Positions 34,340-42,568 of a stretch of 64,000 bases of DNA are shown here, piece by piece. The stretch is from Candidatus Nomurabacteria bacterium (lineage in GTDB: Bacteria > Patescibacteriota > Minisyncoccia > Phycocordibacterales > UBA918), in contig JACKGC010000001.1 of the NCBI GenBank assembly GCA_020632135.1, forward strand, positions 180,241-244,240. The letters are read 5' to 3'. Position 1 is the stretch's first letter; every line of letters starts with the position of its first letter. Under the pieces are notes generated by a model, which was given only the letters and a program-made list of their open reading frames with translations, was not told the DNA's origin and did not search any database. Made by a program: the position numbers and the translations under genes.

Positions 34340-35152
34340 ATGTTGAGAATACTCACTTCCCTTCTCGAGGGAATAGTACTCTGGCTACTGCGGCCTCGTA
34401 TTCTACTTTTACTCGCTCTGTTCTTAGTGATCGCTGGATTGACCTGGGCGTACATTGATCTCCCTGTACTGGGGTTGGCACTTAAGAAATTTGTGCTCAA
34501 TACGCTGCCCAAATGGTACCAAACGTCTGCAAAATTTCTGGTCAAACTCTGGCCAAAGGTCACCCAGGCACTCATGAATAGCGCAGTGAAAAAGTACCTG
34601 CGTGCATTCGTCGTCTTTATCAGCCTGCACCTACTCACCAAGAAGCGACGTCTGCAGTTACGGGCCTATAAGGGTCGCACGATCTCCTTTCTGCATCGTA
34701 CTGCCATCGAACGTCCCAAAGCCTGGTGGTCTGGCCTGAGCAGGAGTGGCCGCATCATGGCTGTGGCACTGCTCATCACCACGATAGTTTCAGTGCCAAG
34801 CCTGCATGTGTTGGGCCTGCTACTGATCCCGCTCGCACTCGTAAAACAAGCAGTAACGTTTGTTGCTCGCTCAGTTGTTACAAAGTTGGGAGCTGGTGCT
34901 GTGGTGGAGCGAATTCAACGAAGCCTTTTGACTCTCGTCACTCGCCTCATCCCGAAGCATATGTTAGTCCGATATAAATGGAACTACCTCCGCGGAATGG
35001 TCCTGCGCCGAAGACGCATTCGAGCGAGAGCAACTGCACTGAAGTTGAAGACAGCAGAGACGCTCAGAGAGAAGAAACGACTACGAGCAGAACTCTGCCA
35101 ACGGAAGGCCGCGGTCAAACAAGCCAAAGGCGCTGTCGAAAAGACAGAGTAA
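34340..35152 (+). CDS. 4-TM membrane protein with Arg/Lys-rich coiled C-terminus (P3)
   Basis: AGGAGG lies 5 nt before the ATG. 270 aa. Confidence 0.75.
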   Translation: MLRILTSLLEGIVLWLLRPRILLLLALFLVIAGLTWAYIDLPVLGLALKKFVLNTLPKWYQTSAKFLVKLWPKVTQALMNSAVKKYLRAFVVFISLHLLTKKRRLQLRAYKGRTISFLHRTAIERPKAWWSGLSRSGRIMAVALLITTIVSVPSLHVLGLLLIPLALVKQAVTFVARSVVTKLGAGAVVERIQRSLLTLVTRLIPKHMLVRYKWNYLRGMVLRRRRIRARATALKLKTAETLREKKRLRAELCQRKAAVKQAKGAVEKTE

Positions 35153-35239
35153 TACCCGAGCAACACGCTCGGGTATATTTTTGACTTTTTTGTATATTAT
35201 TGTATTATCATAAAAGACGTATCAGAAGAGGAAACGCCC

Positions 35240-35698
35240 ATGGGCAAAAATGATGCTGCGACCAGCAAGCCGTATCGGAAGAACACACGTAACATTCTCG
35301 TTACCCTTTTCTTAGTGACACTCGTAGCAGTCGGAGTGCAATACCGTTTGGAACATCCACCAGCAGACACCACTCACTTATACGATGGCATTCTCACAGA
35401 CGTTCGACTCAAACACGAGATCCTGTTGCAGAATGTGCTGCCGGGTGAGATCATTCGGATCTCGCTTCAAGGGAAGCCACAGCTCTACATGGCCGTAGTC
35501 GAAAACACAAGACGAACACTAAAAGGTCGCTTGTACGGCGAAAGGACTGTTCCGAAGGATAAGCTTGCAGCAGTGCCGTATGATTGGCTGCTCAAAAATC
35601 CCTACCTTGCTGCAGACATCAACAACATTGAGCAAGAAGACTCACAATCTCTGTTCAACAGTATCGTATTGCACGCTAAGGGTCAGCCCGATCAATAG
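35240..35698 (+). CDS. N-terminally anchored protein of unknown family (P4)
   Basis: GAGGAA lies 8 nt before the ATG. One TM helix (ILVTLFLVTLVAVGV). 152 aa. Confidence 0.7.
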   Translation: MGKNDAATSKPYRKNTRNILVTLFLVTLVAVGVQYRLEHPPADTTHLYDGILTDVRLKHEILLQNVLPGEIIRISLQGKPQLYMAVVENTRRTLKGRLYGERTVPKDKLAAVPYDWLLKNPYLAADINNIEQEDSQSLFNSIVLHAKGQPDQ

Positions 35699-35719
35699 TC
35701 GACTTCTTTTTTCTGGAAG

Positions 35720-35752
35720 CCCTGGTAGCTAGTTTGTACCAGGGTTATTTTT
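35720..35752 (+). terminator. terminator CCCTGGTA-(9 nt)-TACCAGGG followed by TTATTTTT
   Basis: Lies directly after P4. Confidence 0.7.
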
Positions 35753-35757
35753 ATAAG

Positions 35758-35794
35758 AAACCGGCCGGGCCCCTTCGGGGCCCGGCCGGTTTTT
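35758..35794. terminator. bidirectional terminator, 37 nt identical to 23455-23491
   Basis: AAACCGGCCGGGCCCCTTCGGGGCCCGGCCGGTTTTT. Confidence 0.85.
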
Positions 35795-35840
35795 CGTTTC
35801 ACTGCTCACTTAGGAGGTCCGTCCTCCTAAGCATAACCAA

Positions 35841-36389
35841 CTATTCAGTTGGTTTCTGCAGCGGCATGCCAACATGACGCAACAAAGCCTCAGCTTCCGG
35901 CTTTGTCTTGGCTGTAGTCACGATCGTGATCGACATACCAAAGACATCCTTAATGTCTTCGTCATGAGTCTCAGGGAAAATAGTGTGTTCCTTGATACCG
36001 AGGGTATAGTTACCCATTTCATCGATCGATGAGGTCTTGAGACCACGGAAGTCACGTGTCTGTGGGAGCGCGATGTGAATGAGCTTGTTGAGAAAATCAT
36101 TCATGCGCGCACCACGCAGTGTTACTTGATAGCCAACAATATCACCTTCACGCAACTTAAATGATGCGATCGACTGACGAGCAGCACGAGGAGCGGCTTT
36201 CTGACCGGTAATTTGTGCCAACCGATCCTGAATGAGCGCGATTCGCGTTTTATCATCTACTCGGCCAGTTCCTACAGACACCACCACCTTTTCGATTTTG
36301 GGCGCCTGATTTACGTTCGTGTATCCGAAATCTCCTTTAAGAGAATCAAATACGGTCTTTAGTTGAGTCTGTACTGTTTCCATACTCAT
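35841..36389 (-). CDS. rplE: 50S ribosomal protein L5
   Basis: KIEKVVVSVGTG...FRGL...GNYTLGIKEHTIFPE is uL5. Confidence 0.95.
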   Translation of the reverse strand: MSMETVQTQLKTVFDSLKGDFGYTNVNQAPKIEKVVVSVGTGRVDDKTRIALIQDRLAQITGQKAAPRAARQSIASFKLREGDIVGYQVTLRGARMNDFLNKLIHIALPQTRDFRGLKTSSIDEMGNYTLGIKEHTIFPETHDEDIKDVFGMSITIVTTAKTKPEAEALLRHVGMPLQKPTE

Positions 36390-36564
36390 TTAGGGAGCAG
36401 TCTGTCGGTCAATTTCTTTGTCGCGTCAGCTGTAGCTTCGGTCACCGTACAAGACGTACGCTTCTCTCGTCTACAGCCGCCGCTTCGCAAAATTAACTCA
36501 GCATCCAAGCTCCAAATTATTTTCTTGATTCCTGGGCGGCGGCTTCGCCGCCGCCCCTACTAAA

Positions 36565-36876
36565 TTAGATCTTCTTACCGCTTGGACGTGCGGTGCGAAT
36601 CTTTTTTCGCTTCTCACCCTCACCCTCAATGGTATACCCAGCACGTACCACCTTATCACCCTCCATGAGTGACACGTTAGACACGTGGATCGGCATACTC
36701 TTCTCGATGATCTGTCCTTGTGAACGAGTGCGGCGATTCTTCTGGTGTCGCTTCACTTCATTGATACCTTCGATCACTACCTGCTCAGTCTCCTTGAGAG
36801 TCATGAGGACAGTACCTGTCTTTCCTTTGTCCTTACCCGCAATCACTTTCACAGTATCTCCTTTTCGAATTTTCAT
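36565..36876 (-). CDS. rplX: 50S ribosomal protein L24
   Basis: MKIRKGDTVKVIAGKDKGKTG is uL24. Confidence 0.95.
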   Translation of the reverse strand: MKIRKGDTVKVIAGKDKGKTGTVLMTLKETEQVVIEGINEVKRHQKNRRTRSQGQIIEKSMPIHVSNVSLMEGDKVVRAGYTIEGEGEKRKKIRTARPSGKKI

Positions 36877-36890
36877 ACTACTCAGTTTGA

Positions 36891-37262
36891 TTACACGACC
36901 TCTGGCGCGAGACTGACAATCTTTTGGTATCCCGCTTCGGAAAGCTCACGTGGGATCGGACCAAAGACACGGTTTGCCTTAGGTTCCTTCTTCTCTTTAT
37001 CGACAAGCACTACTGCGTTGTCGTCGAAGCTCACGTATGAGCCGTCTTTACGGCGGAACGGCTTGCGCTGACGCACAACCACTCCGTATACCACATCCTT
37101 CTTCTTCACTGGCTTGCGCGGTTCAGCATTTTGGACTGCGAGCACAACCATTTCACCTAGCTCGGCATATCGCTTCTTTGAACCACCGAGCACCTTAAAT
37201 ACGCGACCCATCTTACCACCTGAGTTGTCGGTGATCTTCACGAGTGTTTGTGGCTGAATCAT
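36891..37262 (-). CDS. rplN: 50S ribosomal protein L14
   Basis: MIQPQTLVKITDNSGGK is uL14. Confidence 0.97.
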   Translation of the reverse strand: MIQPQTLVKITDNSGGKMGRVFKVLGGSKKRYAELGEMVVLAVQNAEPRKPVKKKDVVYGVVVRQRKPFRRKDGSYVSFDDNAVVLVDKEKKEPKANRVFGPIPRELSEAGYQKIVSLAPEVV

Positions 37263-37263
37263 A

Positions 37264-37518
37264 CTACTTTGCGGTTACGAGCTTAAAGCACTTACGCTTT
37301 GAGATCGGACGGGTTTCGATAATCTCGACCTTATCGCCCACCTGGGCGGTGTTACCTGCATCATGCACCAAGTACTTCTTCGTGCGACGCATGAACTTCT
37401 TGTACTTTGGATGCTTCACGTATCGCTCTACCGCAACAGTACAGGTGTCAGTCATCTTGCTGGCCACCACGGTACCACGGAGTACACGACCGTTGCTTGT
37501 CTTTTGTTCAGTACTCAT
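37264..37518 (-). CDS. rpsQ: 30S ribosomal protein S17
   Basis: LRGTVVASKMTDTCTVAVERYVKHPKYKK is uS17. Confidence 0.95.
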   Translation of the reverse strand: MSTEQKTSNGRVLRGTVVASKMTDTCTVAVERYVKHPKYKKFMRRTKKYLVHDAGNTAQVGDKVEIIETRPISKRKCFKLVTAK

Positions 37519-37521
37519 ACG

Positions 37522-37728
37522 CTATTTTGTGTCTGGGTTACGTCGTCGAGCAGTGAGCTCAGTAAGCGCGCGCGCAGTGTCAGTCTTGGCTTTGCGAATG
37601 GTGCTTGCCTTGCGACTAAACTTATCCTTAAAGCGCTCTTCGCGAATGGTCTTGCGGCCTTCCTCAACCATACTGGTGAGTTCAGCTTCTGACTTCTTGC
37701 GGACATCTTCCATGTTTGTCATATACAA
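37522..37728 (-). CDS. rpmC: 50S ribosomal protein L29
   Basis: Operon position and a uL29-like helical sequence. The start could be an internal Met. Confidence 0.85.
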   Translation of the reverse strand: MYMTNMEDVRKKSEAELTSMVEEGRKTIREERFKDKFSRKASTIRKAKTDTARALTELTARRRNPDTK

Positions 37729-37737
37729 TTTGAAAGA

Positions 37738-38172
37738 TTACACGCGCGTGTCCTCACGACGCACGAACTTGCCTTGTAATGGGAGCTTCGCACAAGCCTT
37801 TCGGAAGGCTTCGCGAGCAATGTCTTCAGGGACGCCATCGACTTCAAAGAGGATGCGTCCTGGCTTTACCTCAAATACGAAGTGATCGGGATCACCCTTA
37901 CCCTTACCCATCGGGACCTCAGCGGCCTTCTTGGTAATTGGTCGGTCAGGGAAGATACGGATCCACGCCTTACCGGTTTTACCCATGGTGCGAGAGATCA
38001 CTCGACGAGCTGCTTCGATCTGATTTGACTTCACGCGTGAGGCGGAAGTGGCCTTGAGGCCGTACTCACCGTATGAAACGGTGACACCACGGGTGTCAGG
38101 ACGACTTCGCTTTTCTTCACTCTTGCGATTAGTCTGCCACTTGCGGTGCTTAACTTTCTTTGGGAATAACAT
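37738..38172 (-). CDS. rplP: 50S ribosomal protein L16
   Basis: [11 protein letters not shown]...[11 protein letters not shown] is uL16. Confidence 0.95.
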   Translation of the reverse strand: MLFPKKVKHRKWQTNRKSEEKRSRPDTRGVTVSYGEYGLKATSASRVKSNQIEAARRVISRTMGKTGKAWIRIFPDRPITKKAAEVPMGKGKGDPDHFVFEVKPGRILFEVDGVPEDIAREAFRKACAKLPLQGKFVRREDTRV

Positions 38173-38182
38173 ACTCGTCTAA

Positions 38183-38890
38183 TTATCGGTTACGAGGCGT
38201 GCGCGCTTCCTGCTCTTGCTGGCCAGCTTTGCGGTCGGCAAACACCTCTCCGCGGTAGATCCATACCTTGATACCGATCACACCATAGGGGAGATTTGCT
38301 TCGACACGTGCAAAGTCGATGTCAGCCCGGAGGGTCTGCAGTGGAACACGACCCTTCTTGAGCTCTTCACGACGAGCCATATCGGCACCACCGAGTCGAC
38401 CGGCGAGAATGATACGAACACCCTCAACGTCACGGTTAGCCATTACCTTCTCAATGGTTTGCTTCATCACACGACGGAACGTCATGCGCTTTTCAAGTCC
38501 CTCAGCAATCATCTGGCCCACAATGCGGGCTGACGATTCAGGTGAACGGATCTCTTCAATATCGATCTTGAGTTCCGGCTTATCAGTAGTCTTTTGCTTG
38601 CGCAAAAAGAGATCGATCTCCTTCTTGAGGTTGTTAATACCCTCACCGCTGCGGCCAATGATGAGACCGGGACGAGCAGTCTTGATGATGATACGAATAT
38701 CCTTCTGACTGCGCTCGATCTCAACCGTGTCAACTGACATGCCCTTGAGGCGTGTCTTGAGAAGCTTGCGGAGCGCTGCGTCAACACGCAAGTACTCACG
38801 AAACTTGGCTGGGTCGGTAGTGAACCAACGACTCTTCCAGTCTCGATTGACGCCGATGCGCTGAATGTATGGATGTGCTACGTGTGTCAT
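38183..38890 (-). CDS. rpsC: 30S ribosomal protein S3
   Basis: HPYIQRIGVNRDWKSRWF...GRLGGADMAR is uS3. Confidence 0.95.
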   Translation of the reverse strand: MTHVAHPYIQRIGVNRDWKSRWFTTDPAKFREYLRVDAALRKLLKTRLKGMSVDTVEIERSQKDIRIIIKTARPGLIIGRSGEGINNLKKEIDLFLRKQKTTDKPELKIDIEEIRSPESSARIVGQMIAEGLEKRMTFRRVMKQTIEKVMANRDVEGVRIILAGRLGGADMARREELKKGRVPLQTLRADIDFARVEANLPYGVIGIKVWIYRGEVFADRKAGQQEQEARTPRNR

Positions 38891-38894
38891 ATCC

Positions 38895-39221
38895 TTATTT
38901 CTTTACGCCCAGCTCGACTGAGATGTGGCTGTTACGCTTATTAATTCGTGAGGCAGAACCTCGAGCTCGCGGCATGGAGCGCTTGAAGGTAGGAGCCTTA
39001 TTGACCTGTACAGCCTTGATAAAGAGCTCCTCTTCCTTTGCCCCCTGCTGCTTGGCATTTGCGACTGCAGAAGAAATAACCTTTGCAAATGGCTGTGCGG
39101 CACGCTTGTCAACAAAGTTGAGCGTCGCGAGAGCATCAGCTGCTTTCTTGCCACGCACGAGGTCAGCGATAAGGCGAACCTTGCGCGGTGACTGACGATA
39201 GTTTTTGAGAATTGCTTTCAT
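38895..39221 (-). CDS. rplV: 50S ribosomal protein L22
   Basis: YRQSPRKVRLIADLVRGKKA is uL22. Confidence 0.95.
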   Translation of the reverse strand: MKAILKNYRQSPRKVRLIADLVRGKKAADALATLNFVDKRAAQPFAKVISSAVANAKQQGAKEEELFIKAVQVNKAPTFKRSMPRARGSASRINKRNSHISVELGVKK

Positions 39222-39235
39222 AGATATCGTACAGA

Positions 39236-39562
39236 TTATGCAGCCTTAGCAGCCTTAGCAGCTGCAATTTCTGCCTCTTTCTTCTTCTGATCAAGTTCCT
39301 TCTGCATCTTACCTCCGTGGCGCCAGAACTTCTTGGTTGGTGAGAATTCACCGAACTTGTGGCCCACCATTTCTTCTGCGACCAGTACTTCAATATGATC
39401 GCGGCCGTTGTGTACACCAAAGGTGAACCCTACCATTTCTGGAGAGATCACTGAGCCTCGAGCCCAGGTCTTGATGACACCACCCTCTCCGGGTTTCTTT
39501 CCGACAATCTTTTTGAGGAGACGTTCGTCTACGTACGGTCCCTTGTATAGTGATCGTGACAT
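39236..39562 (-). CDS. rpsS: 30S ribosomal protein S19 with Lys/Ala-rich C-terminal tail
   Basis: [12 protein letters not shown]...[10 protein letters not shown]...[10 protein letters not shown] is uS19. The tail reads [16 protein letters not shown]. Confidence 0.95.
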   Translation of the reverse strand: MSRSLYKGPYVDERLLKKIVGKKPGEGGVIKTWARGSVISPEMVGFTFGVHNGRDHIEVLVAEEMVGHKFGEFSPTKKFWRHGGKMQKELDQKKKEAEIAAAKAAKAA

Positions 39563-40111
39563 TTAAGTGAAACAAGGAGAGCAACGACTATGTTGAACTT
39601 ACGTCCCAATTTCGGTCTTTCTTCTTACAGAAGCTGTTCAGGTTGTCGTTGCTTACGCAACAGACAACCTCTTGCGAAGTGGCATCAAGCCACTTCTCAC
39701 CCGCCCGAAATTGCTGGACGCCGTCGCAGAGTCGCTACTCTCTCTATTTAATTGTTAGTAAATACCGCTTGTAGTTAGCAGTTTTGCGCAGGCTAAAGCC
39801 TTGGGTGCAAAACCACCGTCAGTGGCGGCTTGTGATATTCCCGAGCAGTCCGGTAACGGCCTGACTACTCTTGTGGTCACCTACTTCGTTCTTATTTCAT
39901 GCGCTTCCTGCCAGGGAAACGACTTGAGGTTGGAACCCGCATAGAGTACCAAAAAGTACTGGAAAGTCAATGAATACATTTTTAGGGTGACAACTAAATA
40001 CGTGCCCAACGCACCACATATTTTATGTGACTATTGTAATTACGTTACGACAGAGGTAGATTTGTAGCAGCTAAATAGCTCTTCCGTTCATCACAAAGAG
40101 GTACTGTCCCA

Positions 40112-41545
40112 ATGGGCATTAAAGCTCGTAAAGATAAAAAACTGTTCGTCCTTGATACCAACGTGCTGATGCACGACCCGACCGCGCTGTTCCGCTTTGC
40201 GGAGCATGACGTCTTCCTCCCGATGGTCGTCCTTGAGGAACTGGACCGCGCAAAGAAAGGCACCTCTGAAGTCGCACGCAACTCACGCCAGGTTAGCCGC
40301 TTTCTCGACGAACTGATGCAAAAGAGAAACGGGAACTCTATGGACAATGGACTACCACTCTCTTCCTGCATCGAAGGTAACGGGCATTTGAGCAATGATG
40401 CTCCGGCCCTCGACTGCGGTCATCTGTTCTTTCAGACCCAGCTGCAACCAAAAAACCTCCCTGTCCAACTAACCGGGAATGGGAACTCGCCCGACAACAA
40501 TATCCTTGGCACTGCACTGGCACTCGCTGAGATGGCGCCTGACCGTAAAATTACGTTGGTCTCCAAAGACATCAACTTGCGTATCAAGGCCGCTGTCGTC
40601 GGCATCCACACGGAGGACTACCACAACGACCAGGTACTGGACGACGTCAACTTGCTCTACAGCGGCCAGTCGGCGCTGCCAACGGATTTCTGGGAGACAC
40701 ACAGCAAGGAGATCGACTCATGGCAAGAGGGCGGCCACACCTTCTACAAAGCATCCGGCCCAGATACCGCCGAGTGGTATGTCGGCCAGTGTTTGTACAT
40801 GGCAGGCGATCAGCCGTTCGAGGCGATCGTGCGACGCAAGGAAGGCGATGGTGCGATCATCGAGTTGGTCAACAACTACCGTTCTGAAAAGCATGCGGTG
40901 TGGGGCATCAACGCTCGTAACCGCGAGCAAAACTTCGCTCTCAACCTGCTGATGGACCCCGAGATCGACTTCGTTTCATTGCTCGGCACCGCCGGTACCG
41001 GCAAGACGCTCCTTGCTCTTGCCGCTGGCTTGGCTCAGGTACTGGATAAAAATATCTACCGCGAGATCATCATGACGCGCGTCACGGTGCCCGTCGGCGA
41101 AGATATAGGCTTCCTGCCGGGCACTGAAGAGGAAAAGATGACACCTTGGATGGGCGCACTCATGGACAATCTCGAAGTGCTCACGAAGACCGAGGGAGGA
41201 GACTGGGGCCGTGCCGCCACCGACGATCTGCTGCGTTCACGCATCAAGATCCATTCACTCAACTTTATGCGTGGTCGCACCTTCCTTAAGAAGTACCTCA
41301 TCCTTGACGAGGCACAAAACCTCACCCCGAAGCAGATGAAGACACTCGTCACTCGTGCCGGCCCCGGCACCAAGATCGTCTGCCTCGGCAACGTCGCACA
41401 GATTGACACGCCGTACCTGACCGAAACCACCTCTGGTCTCACCTACGTGGTCGACCGGTTCAAGGACTGGCCGCATGGAGGCCACATCACGCTGCTGCGT
41501 GGGGAACGTTCACGGCTGGCGGACTTTGCGTCTGATCAGTTGTGA
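40112..41545 (+). CDS. PIN-domain + PhoH-like ATPase (YlaK family), GC3-rich
   Basis: N-terminal PIN (FVLDTNVLMHDP...VVLEELD). Walker A LLGTAGTGKT, then ILDEAQNLTP and GNVAQID. Third codon positions are strongly G/C. Confidence 0.85.
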   Translation: MGIKARKDKKLFVLDTNVLMHDPTALFRFAEHDVFLPMVVLEELDRAKKGTSEVARNSRQVSRFLDELMQKRNGNSMDNGLPLSSCIEGNGHLSNDAPALDCGHLFFQTQLQPKNLPVQLTGNGNSPDNNILGTALALAEMAPDRKITLVSKDINLRIKAAVVGIHTEDYHNDQVLDDVNLLYSGQSALPTDFWETHSKEIDSWQEGGHTFYKASGPDTAEWYVGQCLYMAGDQPFEAIVRRKEGDGAIIELVNNYRSEKHAVWGINARNREQNFALNLLMDPEIDFVSLLGTAGTGKTLLALAAGLAQVLDKNIYREIIMTRVTVPVGEDIGFLPGTEEEKMTPWMGALMDNLEVLTKTEGGDWGRAATDDLLRSRIKIHSLNFMRGRTFLKKYLILDEAQNLTPKQMKTLVTRAGPGTKIVCLGNVAQIDTPYLTETTSGLTYVVDRFKDWPHGGHITLLRGERSRLADFASDQL

Positions 41546-41690
41546 GCAACACCAGTTCCTATTCATTGTGAAAATGCAACCCTCTCCACCTTACCTTGCA
41601 ATGAGGTGAGTTCGAAAGAGTATTTTGTCACATCATTGGCCGGAAGCGCTCGCGCTTCCGGCCTTTTCTTTTTGTGTTACCCTACCCCAT

Positions 41691-42008
41691 ATGCCCAGAA
41701 ACCGCGGACGCGAACATTCCACCCTCACCGAAACAGCCGATTTGGTCGTGCGTGAGCTAGAAAAAATACCTGGAATAAAAATGATCGCGCCAGGCGAGAT
41801 CCGCACCAATGCCCGCAGCGCGAGCGGGCGGTTTGTGACGTGTGTGTACACGACCGCTGGCTTTGAGCTCATCATCAGTGGTCAGAGCGCGCAGAAAGTC
41901 GCGGTACACACTACTTCTAATGCACGCGCCGTTTTCGCAGCGCTCAAAGCCAGCAAAAAATTACGCGAGTTTGTGTTTAAGGAACGGGAGCGCAAGCCGG
42001 GAGAATAA
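41691..42008 (+). CDS. hypothetical 105-aa protein
   Basis: Start taken at MPRNRGREH. Followed by the terminator at 42013-42051. No SD. Confidence 0.45.
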   Translation: MPRNRGREHSTLTETADLVVRELEKIPGIKMIAPGEIRTNARSASGRFVTCVYTTAGFELIISGQSAQKVAVHTTSNARAVFAALKASKKLREFVFKERERKPGE

Positions 42009-42012
42009 GAGG

Positions 42013-42051
42013 CAAGCGCTGGCCGGGCGCTTCGCGCCCGGCCAGCGCTTG
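42013..42051 (+). terminator. 18-bp-stem hairpin CAAGCGCTGGCCGGGCGC-TTC-GCGCCCGGCCAGCGCTTG
   Basis: Member of the CCGGGCGC family. A U-rich stretch follows. Confidence 0.7.
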
Positions 42052-42084
42052 TCGTTGTTACCGAAGAGAGTATCATAGATACAT

Positions 42085-42528
42085 ATGTGGAAACGGACAC
42101 AACCAAAGATCTTTATGGTAGAGGATGATCGCAATAATCACCCCCTGTTCCGCAAGGTCTTTGAAGCTGCCGGATTTGCGGTCACCATTCGCCGCACCGC
42201 GGACGGTGATTTTATTGAAGATGTAGTCAAGTCTGGACCAGACATCATCTCAATGGATATCATGATCGGGAAATCGGGGGCTGATGTAGAACGTGACGGC
42301 CTTGAAGCAGGAAGGCTGCTAAAGGCTGATGAACGCACAGCACAAATTCCGATCATGATCTTGACCAACTTCTTTGTGGACGAAAAGGTGCAACAAGCTA
42401 AAGCTTTCGGTGCGGTGGACTTCATTAGCCTGCAAGGTCACGCCATCGCTACAATTCCAGAGATCTTCAAGCGCTACCTTGATGCCCCGAGAAAATTCAT
42501 ACCCACCCATCCGCTATTGCAGCAATGA
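42085..42528 (+). CDS. stand-alone CheY-like response-regulator receiver
   Basis: IFMVEDD...DIISMDIMIG...IMILTN...AVDFISL fits the receiver fold with acidic pocket and acceptor Asp. No output domain. Confidence 0.75.
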   Translation: MWKRTQPKIFMVEDDRNNHPLFRKVFEAAGFAVTIRRTADGDFIEDVVKSGPDIISMDIMIGKSGADVERDGLEAGRLLKADERTAQIPIMILTNFFVDEKVQQAKAFGAVDFISLQGHAIATIPEIFKRYLDAPRKFIPTHPLLQQ

Positions 42529-42559
42529 AAAGGCCGGCCCCAAAGGGGCCGGCCTTTTC
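42527..42559. terminator. bidirectional terminator GAAAAGGCCGGCCCC-AAA-GGGGCCGGCCTTTTC
   Basis: Lies between convergent genes. Confidence 0.85.
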
Positions 42560-42568
42560 ATCTTCATC

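Noticed and set aside
39760-39970. Fragments resembling RNase P or SRP motifs (CCGGUAACGGCC, GGCGGCUUGU, GGUGCAAAACC, GGAAAGUC; GUCAGGCCG on the minus strand).
   Set aside because: The motifs are in the wrong order for RNase P. There is no GAGGAAAGUCC P4 strand and no GGAA-GGAAGCAGC SRP domain IV. I treat the similarity as chance pending a covariance-model scan.
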